The notes under the pieces: model-generated
Seen by the model: only the letters and a program-made list of their open reading frames with translations
The model's database searches: none
What the model was told of the DNA's origin: nothing
Shown here: positions 8,497-16,026 of the stretch, in pieces
Numbering within the stretch: position 1 is the stretch's first letter
Layout: each line of letters opens with the position of its first letter
Position numbers and translations under genes: made by a program
Source: a virus
Lineage: Duplodnaviria; Caudoviricetes
IMG/VR virus record: IMGVR_UViG_3300048576_000552
Span: 1-44,532 of that record
Direction: 5' to 3' (one strand)
DNA length: 44,532 bases

Positions 8497-9036
8497 ATGC
8501 AGGCGAACATGACTAAGGCGCAGCGTCAAATATCGGCTCACGTTCGCCATATGGTTCGGCGGGACATGAGGGAGGTTTTGCATATCGAAGGCCTGGCGTT
8601 TGAGTTTCCGTGGCATAAGGATGATTTTATCCGCACGCTGAGACATAGAAATTGCCTTGGGATGGTCGCCGAATACGAGGACCAGATCATCGGTTATATG
8701 ATTTATGAGATCCATCTCATCAAAATTCATTTGCTCAATTTTGCCGTGGATCCCGAATATTGGCGGCGTGGCGTTGGCCGGCAGATGCTTGCGCAGTTGA
8801 TCGACCAACTTGGTTTGAATCGACGAAAAAAGATTTTTTTGGAAATTCGAGAGACCAATTTGACCGCGCAGCAGTTTTTCCGTGACGGCGGATTTCGTGC
8901 GGTCGCCGTACTGAAGGAGTTTTATGCAGACTCCCCCGAGGACGGCTATTTGATGCGTTACCAGTGCGAAACGAAGCAAAAGCCCGATTGGGATCGCATC
9001 AATAGAATGACTCTCTTGGGTGATTGTGAAGAATAA
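8497..9036 (+). CDS. rimI: RimI-like GNAT N-acetyltransferase
   Basis: FEFPW, IHLLNFAVDPEYWRRGVG (acetyl-CoA motif), LEIRETNLTAQQFFRDGGF...FY...EDGYLM. Start at 8497 or 8509. Confidence 0.85.
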   Translation: MQANMTKAQRQISAHVRHMVRRDMREVLHIEGLAFEFPWHKDDFIRTLRHRNCLGMVAEYEDQIIGYMIYEIHLIKIHLLNFAVDPEYWRRGVGRQMLAQLIDQLGLNRRKKIFLEIRETNLTAQQFFRDGGFRAVAVLKEFYADSPEDGYLMRYQCETKQKPDWDRINRMTLLGDCEE

Positions 9037-9112
9037 AGAGCAGCGGAGCGGCCCTCCGCTAGCGAAAAACTGCGTGAATGTGCTTAGTCGAAACATTCAG
9101 AAGGGAGTAATT

Positions 9113-9340
9113 ATGAAAAATAACACCGCAGCCGTCTTCGCGGCATTGATGGCGTTCCAACCGCCGGCGATAGAAATTCCCCGGATTAAATTGGAGATAC
9201 CCGGACGTCCGCTCGGTTCGCTAGTCGCTGTGAAATATCGCGAGAAGCGGATAGGCCGCAATGATCCTTGCCACTGTGGATCCGGAAAGAAGTTCAAAAA
9301 ATGCCATTTGAACCGAAAGGAAAATCATGCAGATCACTGA
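9113..9340 (+). CDS. SEC-C motif (SecA C-terminal Zn-binding) protein
   Basis: IGRNDPCHCGSGKKFKKCH; gggag RBS before ATG 9113. Confidence 0.85.
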   Translation: MKNNTAAVFAALMAFQPPAIEIPRIKLEIPGRPLGSLVAVKYREKRIGRNDPCHCGSGKKFKKCHLNRKENHADH

Positions 9341-9581
9341 AGTCACTCTGCGTTATGGGGAGTTGCGATCGACCGGCTTTCCTTCGTTTTCCAACAAACG
9401 AGTCGAGGTCGAGTTCCACGCGGAGTTGCATCCCGGCGAAACTGCCCAGGTTGCCATCGATCGTCTTTACTCCGCCTCAAAGCTAACGGTCAATGAATTG
9501 TTCAAAGATCCGGTCGAAACGGTTTCAAAAACCCTGATGGATGAACAGATTAGCCGCGAGATCCTAAACCAGAGGTTATAA
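9327..9581 (+). CDS. Hypothetical protein
   Basis: 84-aa ORF with aaagga RBS, filling the gap before gp37/68. Confidence 0.65.
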   Translation: MQITEVTLRYGELRSTGFPSFSNKRVEVEFHAELHPGETAQVAIDRLYSASKLTVNELFKDPVETVSKTLMDEQISREILNQRL

Positions 9582-9585
9582 AAAG

Positions 9586-10551
9586 ATGGGCGAGAAAACG
9601 AAAATCGAATGGTGCGACTCGACGTGCAACCTGATGATGGGTTGCGACGGCTGCGAGTTATATCCCGATCACTGTTACGCCGCCAAGCTGACCAGTCGTT
9701 ACGCCGGCCGAAATCGCGGCTGGCCGAAGGAATTCTCCAAGCCCGAGTTGTTCCTCGATCGGCTCGACGAGACGTTGCGGTGGCGAGATAAGACCGGCCT
9801 AGAGCGGCCGGAAAAGCCTTGGCTCAACGGGATGCCGCGGCTCGTGTTCCTCAACGATCTGGGAGATTGCTTCACCGAGTCCTTTCAAGATCTTCAATGG
9901 CTGAGCAACGCCGTCGAGAAGATGATATTTTCGCGGCATGTTTTCCTTTTGCTCACCAAGCGTCCTCAGCGGATGGCCGACTTCGTCGATTGCTGGTGCA
10001 TGAACCATTGCCAGGAATTCCCAAAAAACGTATGGTGCGGCGCGAGCGTCACCGATCAGGCGACGGCCGATCTACGGATCCCGCATCTTTTGCGTTGTCA
10101 TGTTGCGGTGCGTTTTTTGAGCTGTGAGCCGCTTTTAAGCTGGGTAAAAATCAATTCAAATTGGCTTCCCACACAGATGACTCCGCCCATCTTCTCGAAG
10201 CGACTAAGCGGATTCCATGATCGACCTGGTGGCGGCATTCATTGGATTATCGCCGGAGGAGAGAGCGGCGCAAAGGCACGGCCGACGCATCCGGATGCTT
10301 TCCGTTCGCTGCGAGATCTGTGCCAAGCTGCCCATCTACCTTTTTTCTTTAAGGGTTATGGTGAATGGTCGATGGGAAATGGGCCAGGAACCAGTAGCCT
10401 TTGGATGACGAAGGACGGACGGATATCACAAAATCCCGCTCGTGATTTTAATGATGGATCTACATTTGTAAATCTTTCCCGCGTCGGAAAAAATGCGTCT
10501 GGCCGACTGCTCGACGGACGCGAGTGGAATGAAATGCCGGAGGTGGCATGA
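9586..10551 (+). CDS. Phage Gp37/Gp68 (DUF5131) family protein
   Basis: TKIEWCD..CN...GC..C...HCYA, LLTKRP, VRFLSCEPLL, WIIAGGESG, FFFK, GRLLDGREWNEMP. Confidence 0.92.
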   Translation: MGEKTKIEWCDSTCNLMMGCDGCELYPDHCYAAKLTSRYAGRNRGWPKEFSKPELFLDRLDETLRWRDKTGLERPEKPWLNGMPRLVFLNDLGDCFTESFQDLQWLSNAVEKMIFSRHVFLLLTKRPQRMADFVDCWCMNHCQEFPKNVWCGASVTDQATADLRIPHLLRCHVAVRFLSCEPLLSWVKINSNWLPTQMTPPIFSKRLSGFHDRPGGGIHWIIAGGESGAKARPTHPDAFRSLRDLCQAAHLPFFFKGYGEWSMGNGPGTSSLWMTKDGRISQNPARDFNDGSTFVNLSRVGKNASGRLLDGREWNEMPEVA

Positions 10552-10736
10552 TGCCGAGGAAATTCCGAGAGCGGACACTGAACGATCTCCGCGAGAGCGC
10601 GAAGAAAGCGATACAGAATGGCCGGTGCGTTACAGTCAGCGGCAAGCAGCTTCTGACGCTGCTCGATAATCACGAGGGGCTTGCGCTCTTGGCTTGCGAT
10701 CCTCCGGACATCGCCAACCCGGTTTATTTGCAGTAG
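10548..10736 (+). CDS. Hypothetical protein
   Basis: ATGA overlap and ggagg RBS. Confidence 0.6.
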   Translation: MMPRKFRERTLNDLRESAKKAIQNGRCVTVSGKQLLTLLDNHEGLALLACDPPDIANPVYLQ

Positions 10737-10837
10737 ATCACGAGATATCGAGACAATGTACGCATGCAGCGTACATTGAGGCAACTTCGGTGAGGCTGAA
10801 ACTACCACAAGGAAGGCATAGAACAAAGTAAAAAATC

Positions 10838-11032
10838 ATGAAGACAGTTTTTCCATACACGAGATTTAAACGAATTAGGATTAACCGGCCGATTGGAAAT
10901 CGGCGTTGTCGCGTTTGCGGATGCACGCAAAACAGGGCTTGCCCGGGCGGATGCTGGTGGGTCGAGTACGATCTCTGCAGTTCATGTGTTGGCGATGAAG
11001 ATGGTTTGGAAAGTCACCCAATTTTTGGATAG
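10838..11032 (+). CDS. Small Cys-rich (Zn-finger-like) phage protein
   Basis: CRVCGCTQNRACPGGCWWVEYDLCSSC. Confidence 0.7.
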   Translation: MKTVFPYTRFKRIRINRPIGNRRCRVCGCTQNRACPGGCWWVEYDLCSSCVGDEDGLESHPIFG

Positions 11033-11044
11033 AGCTTTTGGCAT

Positions 11045-11281
11045 ATGAAAACGCCGCCAAAAAAACGTCGGGAATTGACCACGCAGTTTTTGCGGTGTAT
11101 TGAGCATCATGGACCGATGTCGGATCGGTACTTGAAATATTACCTCAAAATTCTGGGCTTCAATCCGAGTTCCGTTTCGAGAAAGCGGCGCGAACTCGCG
11201 GAAAAGAGCCTGATTTTCAGCAACAAGGCGAGGGTATTGCAAAACGGGCACTGCGAAAGGCTTTGGGAGAGAACGCGATGA
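11045..11281 (+). CDS. Small wHTH-like protein
   Basis: GPMSDRYL...NPSSVSRKRRELAEKSLI pattern; ATGA overlap with the next gene. Confidence 0.55.
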   Translation: MKTPPKKRRELTTQFLRCIEHHGPMSDRYLKYYLKILGFNPSSVSRKRRELAEKSLIFSNKARVLQNGHCERLWERTR

Positions 11282-11541
11282 TCGATAAAGTCGAAAGTAT
11301 TGATAGCCAGTGTCCTTGCGGACAACCGCTAACGGCTCTCCTTTTCTACCGCTCGCGGTATAAGCTGGATGCCCGCGGCCAAAAGCTGAAGTGGAATGTC
11401 AGACACTGGATCGTTTTGAAACTATATTATCGGATTCCCGGGATCCTCGAAAAGAAACGAATCACTCGCTGTCCGACGTGCGATCGTGATTTTTCCCAAC
11501 TCACGGCCGACCAGGTCAAAGAGGGCATCTGGACTTCTTAA
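11278..11541 (+). CDS. Hypothetical Zn-binding protein
   Basis: CPCG ... CPTC pair; coupled start. Confidence 0.6.
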   Translation: MIDKVESIDSQCPCGQPLTALLFYRSRYKLDARGQKLKWNVRHWIVLKLYYRIPGILEKKRITRCPTCDRDFSQLTADQVKEGIWTS

Positions 11542-11552
11542 AAGGAATAAGC

Positions 11553-11900
11553 ATGTCAACACATTTTCGGAAAACCGACCCCAAAAAAGAAATTCCACAG
11601 GCGTTGATCGAAGAAATGATCTCCGTGATGAAAACCGATTATGATATGGAAGGTCGTTTCACGCCTCCGGCTTATGCGAGTCACAACTTTGCCGATCGCG
11701 TATATTTCAACGCTTGCCACCTTGCGGATATTATTGTCAGCTTTATGTTCTACTTTTCTGCAATCACCTGGTGTGATGTTTTTAATTTTTGGGCGGGATC
11801 GATGCAAAAAGCCGGATTGCCCGAGCATGAAATTGCCAGCGTGAAAAAGGTAATTTACGAGTTATGCTCTGGTCCATCCATTGCCGACCTCGTTTCGTAA
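11553..11900 (+). CDS. Hypothetical protein
   Basis: aaagga RBS; 115 aa. Confidence 0.65.
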   Translation: MSTHFRKTDPKKEIPQALIEEMISVMKTDYDMEGRFTPPAYASHNFADRVYFNACHLADIIVSFMFYFSAITWCDVFNFWAGSMQKAGLPEHEIASVKKVIYELCSGPSIADLVS

Positions 11901-11946
11901 AAAGGCTCTAGCTTTGGTCCGGGTGATCGAGTATAGTCACATTCTC

Positions 11947-12012
11947 GGCGTTGGCAGGACTTCCTTGGGGATGCGTTGCAAATCGGGTTCTGCCAACGCC
12001 TTTTTCTTTTTC
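11947..12012 (+). terminator. Terminator-like long hairpin
   Basis: ggcgttggcagga / ttctgccaacgcc (13 bp, one G-U), 28-nt interior, then tttttcttttt. Confidence 0.6.
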
Positions 12013-12065
12013 TTGTTGTCTCGCAACGACTTGCCGCATTTTCGGCGGGTGGCTCTTTTTGCTCC

Positions 12066-12094
12066 TGGCAATCTTGTCTGGCGTCTGCTATGGT
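12066..12094 (+). promoter_or_regulatory. Candidate sigma70-type (late) promoter
   Basis: TGGCAA (12066-71), 17-nt spacer, TATGGT (12089-94) preceded by a TGn extended -10. Confidence 0.4.
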
Positions 12095-12106
12095 GAGGAG
12101 CGATTT

Positions 12107-12160
12107 AAGCAACGCATCGCGGTTTTTTCCGGAGAAACGCCGTGATCGTTGCTTTTTTAT
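12107..12160 (+). terminator. Terminator directly downstream of candidate promoter
   Basis: aagcaacg/cgttgctt outer stem, atcgcgg/ccgtgat inner stem, T tract. Confidence 0.65.
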
Positions 12161-12341
12161 GTACTTCTGACGGTTTTCGACGCGCCAACTTGACTGGCGC
12201 TTTCGGCCGTTCTTGTCTCGACGCTCTGCCGTTCTCTACCAAGGATTCGCCGCCGATTGCGCGGCAGGCTGATTTGCCCGCTCTGACGTGCCCCATGCCT
12301 GCCGCGCAATCTTCTTTTCCCTTGGCTTAGGAGAAATCACC

Positions 12342-12824
12342 ATGCTGACGGAAGAGGCCGTGGAAAAAGTGCGGGAACTGTTGGGCACGATGGCCGAACG
12401 AAAAATTGCCAAAGCGACGGGCGTGAGCCGATCGTCCATCGCCCGCATCCGCAAGGGAGCGTGGAAGGCCCGCAAGCCATCGACCGTGGATAACCAGCGG
12501 CCGCGATCGCGGTCGTGGTGCCGCGGCTGCGGGGCCACCGTCCGAAAGCCGTGCGTGAAATGCCAGACGTTGGCGGTGCTCGCGGAAAGCGGGATCCATC
12601 CGAGGGAGGATGATGCCGAGCTGGACAAGATCAACATGGAACTGCAGGGATCGGACGGCGAACGCTATTTTCCTTTGTCGTTGGACAAACTGCGACTCGA
12701 TCCCATGCGGGAACCGCTCGTCTCGGAAACAGAAAAAACTATGGACACCGAGCAGCCGGTGTTCGAGACTTTGGAACTTGACCAATCCGTGTTCATCGAA
12801 CCAGAAGAGAGCGAGGATATATGA
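12342..12824 (+). CDS. HTH + CxxC...CxxC protein
   Basis: ERKIAKATGVSRSSIARI HTH; CRGCG...PCVKC; aggaga RBS. Confidence 0.75.
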   Translation: MLTEEAVEKVRELLGTMAERKIAKATGVSRSSIARIRKGAWKARKPSTVDNQRPRSRSWCRGCGATVRKPCVKCQTLAVLAESGIHPREDDAELDKINMELQGSDGERYFPLSLDKLRLDPMREPLVSETEKTMDTEQPVFETLELDQSVFIEPEESEDI

Positions 12825-13390
12825 GCCAACGCATTTTTCGGCAGTACGATTCGGTGCGGCATCTGATCTATAACGGTGATTTGCTCTTGTGCCGGCCGTC
12901 CGATGATCCGATCAAAAAGGCAATCGCCGCCGGCGGTCGTAGCGAGTACAGCCACGCCGCGATCGCGGCCAGGTGGGGCGACACACTCATGTGCTTAGAA
13001 ATGGCCTTCACGGGCGGGCGAGCGGTGACGCTTTCGAGCCAGGTCCTTCAGGCCCGCGGCCGTTGGGACGTTTATCAGACCAATCCTGATCATCTCGAAT
13101 CCTTCGACCGTCAAAAGTTGGTCGAGATCATGATTCGTGCCACAGGCACTCCCTACGGCTGGGGAAACTTTTTCAACCTTTGTTGGCGCAAGTTGCCGTT
13201 GGTGCGATTGTGTGTCAAGCCGATTGCGGACGATACGACCAATGGCACCAACCTGATCTGCTCGCAAGCCGTTTCCCGCGCCTGCCGTCTGGCGGGCTTC
13301 GATCCGGTGCCCGAGCTGCCCGACAGTTTGACCGAACCCGGAGATCTCGCCCGATCGCCGTTCTTCAAATATCGCTTCTCGCTCGTATGA
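12821..13390 (+). CDS. Permuted papain-like NlpC/P60 (YiiX/YaeF-type) amidase/peptidase
   Basis: GDLLL...YSHAAI (His first)...PYGW...LICSQAV (Cys later)...PGDL. Confidence 0.85.
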   Translation: MSQRIFRQYDSVRHLIYNGDLLLCRPSDDPIKKAIAAGGRSEYSHAAIAARWGDTLMCLEMAFTGGRAVTLSSQVLQARGRWDVYQTNPDHLESFDRQKLVEIMIRATGTPYGWGNFFNLCWRKLPLVRLCVKPIADDTTNGTNLICSQAVSRACRLAGFDPVPELPDSLTEPGDLARSPFFKYRFSLV

Positions 13391-13477
13391 GCCTATGAGT
13401 CATCGACTCATAACTTGACATTTTCACCGTTTTTAAACCGTTTTCTTAATTCGCGACACTGCAGGAAAGGAAAGACT

Positions 13478-15286
13478 ATGAGCGATTCATTGGGTTTGAA
13501 ACAGAAGGCCGGCATGCTGCTGGTCTCGATCGGCATCGCCATCATTATCGTGGCGATGGCCGTTAGTGCATTCGGAGAAACTACGATTTATGACTTCACC
13601 CAAGACGGCTGCCCGCCATGCCGGCAGATGCAACCCATCGTCGAGCAGCTTCAAGCTGAAGGTGTAATGATCGTCCAGTTGCATATCTCTTCGCCGCTTG
13701 CCAGTCAATTGAACGTTCACGCCACGCCGACCTTCGTCGCCGTCGCGAATGGCCGAGAAGTCGATCGGATCGTGGGAGCAACAAGCAAGGAACGTCTCGT
13801 GGTGATGGTTCGCAAACCGATTGTGCAGCCAAAGGCGCCAGTGAAATCACCTTCACCGGCATGGCGATACGAGCAGGCCAAAGGACGCTTCGGTTCCGTG
13901 GTGCGGATTCAGTGCCAATTAGCAGGACGTGAACGCCAGTTGGGTTCAGGCGTCTTGGTTCGTTGGGGAGGGAAATTGATCGTGCTCACGGCTCGGCATG
14001 TCATTCACGACGCTAGATCGATCTCGATTCGCCTTGCGACGGGAGTAGTTGTCAGCGCGCGGGTGATTTCTGTCGATGGCGTTTGGGACTGCGCGGCCCT
14101 GGAAATTCTCGACGTGATCGAGGGCGTTCAGCCAGCTCTCTGCGAAACGGGTAATGCGGCCGTCCTTCAGGCAGGCGACGTGCTCGAATCATGCGGATTC
14201 GGCAGCGATGATAAACTTGCGGCCAACAGCGGACGTGTGCTTGGTTTCACGAAAGCGAACAAAGACAACGACGGGCCGACGGATTGGGTTGAGCTCTCTG
14301 GCTATGCGCGGCAGGGAGATTCGGGCGGTCCGGTTTTCAACAAGAACGGGAAAATCATCGGCATTCTCTGGGGATGCAACTTTGGCAAGGACAGTGACGG
14401 CCGAAAAGTGCCGTCGGTTGTGGTCTGCGTTCAGGCAGGACGTTTGCATTTGTTGCTGAACGCGGCCGTCGAGCAGTTGAATCGCCAGGTTGTTTATCAG
14501 CCGACGGGCATGACGCCGCCTGCCGCGAGCGATGGCAACTGCTGTCCTCCCGGAGGCGATTGCGGTCCAGCGGCTGCTGCGGGCGGTTACGTGCTTCCTT
14601 ATCGCAATGAGCAGGCGGCTGAGAATCAGGCCAACAGTAGAAAGCTGGATCAACTGCTCAATCAGCCAAGGCAACCGCCACAGATCATCTATGCTGCTCC
14701 GCCTGGATCGCCGGCCGTCGTCCCCGATCCTTCTGGGCAACAGGCTCTCCAGGCAGTAGGCCAGTTAGCAGGGCAAGTCAACGCGATCGGGCAGAAGGTG
14801 GACAGCCTGGCTACGACAGTCGATGGCCTGGCTAAGAAGGACGCACCTGAATCGCTACGAGAGCGAATACACGATCGAGTGGAGGATGCCAAAGAAAAGG
14901 TAGATGGGCTGATTGAGAGTCCGCTTGCGCGTCACCTGTTGTTCATAGCGATCGGTGGCGTCGTGATCTGGATCGCGATCAGTCAGCATCGCAAGGCAGG
15001 CACGAAGACGCTGCTCGAGCGTGGCACTGGGTTCATAGCAACAGCCACTGCCGGCACACCGATCGGACCGTTGACGCACATGGTTGATACGGGCGTCGAG
15101 CACATCGGCCAGCGACTGCGAGATCTCGACGCGAAGGTCGAATCACGCTTTCAAGGCATGCAGCAGCAGGTCACGCAGACGGCCCTGCAAACGCCCCCCC
15201 CGACCGTTCCCATCGTATCCCCCCGGACCTTACCTACCCCACCCCCCTCCCCCCCCGGGGCGTTAGGTTCTTCCGGGGCCGGGTAG
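13478..15286 (+). CDS. Exported thioredoxin + trypsin-like serine protease with C-terminal coiled coil and TM helix
   Basis: Hydrophobic signal; DFTQDGCPPC...TPTF (Trx); LTARHV, WDCAAL and GDSGGP triad motifs; TM LLFIAIGGVVIWIAI. Confidence 0.88.
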   Translation: MSDSLGLKQKAGMLLVSIGIAIIIVAMAVSAFGETTIYDFTQDGCPPCRQMQPIVEQLQAEGVMIVQLHISSPLASQLNVHATPTFVAVANGREVDRIVGATSKERLVVMVRKPIVQPKAPVKSPSPAWRYEQAKGRFGSVVRIQCQLAGRERQLGSGVLVRWGGKLIVLTARHVIHDARSISIRLATGVVVSARVISVDGVWDCAALEILDVIEGVQPALCETGNAAVLQAGDVLESCGFGSDDKLAANSGRVLGFTKANKDNDGPTDWVELSGYARQGDSGGPVFNKNGKIIGILWGCNFGKDSDGRKVPSVVVCVQAGRLHLLLNAAVEQLNRQVVYQPTGMTPPAASDGNCCPPGGDCGPAAAAGGYVLPYRNEQAAENQANSRKLDQLLNQPRQPPQIIYAAPPGSPAVVPDPSGQQALQAVGQLAGQVNAIGQKVDSLATTVDGLAKKDAPESLRERIHDRVEDAKEKVDGLIESPLARHLLFIAIGGVVIWIAISQHRKAGTKTLLERGTGFIATATAGTPIGPLTHMVDTGVEHIGQRLRDLDAKVESRFQGMQQQVTQTALQTPPPTVPIVSPRTLPTPPPSPPGALGSSGAG

Positions 15287-15344
15287 CCCGATGGGTCTGC
15301 GACCGGTTACCAGCGACTGTTTTTGCACAAAAAGGCTATTTATG
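15265..15344 (+). other. Putative lambda-like cos packaging site
   Basis: AGGTTCTtcc (cosQ-like), GGGTCTGCGACC (15293-304, cosN-like) and GCTATTTATG just upstream of terS; compared from memory with lambda GGGTCCT...GGGCGGCGACCT...GCTATTTATG. Confidence 0.55.
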
Positions 15345-15387
15345 GCGGTAAGTAAGTGAAACAGCCCGCCACCTATCGGGGGTAAAG

Positions 15388-16026
15388 ATGGCAAAGCGAT
15401 CCACCCAGCCTGCTTCCGCCGCCATCGACCAGCAATTGGCGATGGCGGCACTCGACAAGCAACGCCGCGGTGAAAGTCCGACGCGCGAAGAACGTGACGC
15501 CCTTCGGAGATATGAAGAAGCACACGACGAAACTCTCCGCATCAAGCACTACTCGAGTATCCGGAAAAAGGAATGGGTGGAATGGTCCGGCCGGCAGGTC
15601 AAAGTCATCAACGAGCAGGCCGAGCGTTACGGCGCTCCGATCGGCGGAGCGACGATCGACATTCGGAATGTCGCCAAATGGTTACACGACTTCCTGGCTC
15701 AAAACTCCCGCCGACTTTCCAATCCGGATAACGACGATCCCGACTATGCCGGCTGCTCGAGCCCCGCGCTGGAGCAATTCCGCGAGGTCCGGACCAAGCG
15801 GGAAGAACTGGCTTACGAACGTGACCTCAAAATCTGGATCCGCCGCGACGATGTCCGCAAGGGATTCATCATCATCGCGGACCGCATGAAAAAAGCGAAC
15901 GAAGCACTTCTGAAACAGTTTGGGGCGAAGGCCCAAAAAATCCTCAATGACGCCTGGGAAGATGTCACTCGCGAAATCGATAATCATTTTGGTGATGACG
16001 ATGGTGGCTGCGCTCCACAGCAATAA
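15388..16026 (+). CDS. terS: Terminase small subunit (Nu1-like)
   Basis: Sits between cos and terL and overlaps terL; wHTH-like WSGRQVKVINEQ...IDIRNVAKWL and a coiled-coil C-half. Confidence 0.75.
   Translation: MAKRSTQPASAAIDQQLAMAALDKQRRGESPTREERDALRRYEEAHDETLRIKHYSSIRKKEWVEWSGRQVKVINEQAERYGAPIGGATIDIRNVAKWLHDFLAQNSRRLSNPDNDDPDYAGCSSPALEQFREVRTKREELAYERDLKIWIRRDDVRKGFIIIADRMKKANEALLKQFGAKAQKILNDAWEDVTREIDNHFGDDDGGCAPQQ
15669..15686. promoter_or_regulatory. 18-bp palindromic site, copy 2
   Basis: tgtcgccaaatggttaca inside terS; 15668-15687 matches the reverse complement of 20441-20460 at 19/20. Confidence 0.6.
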
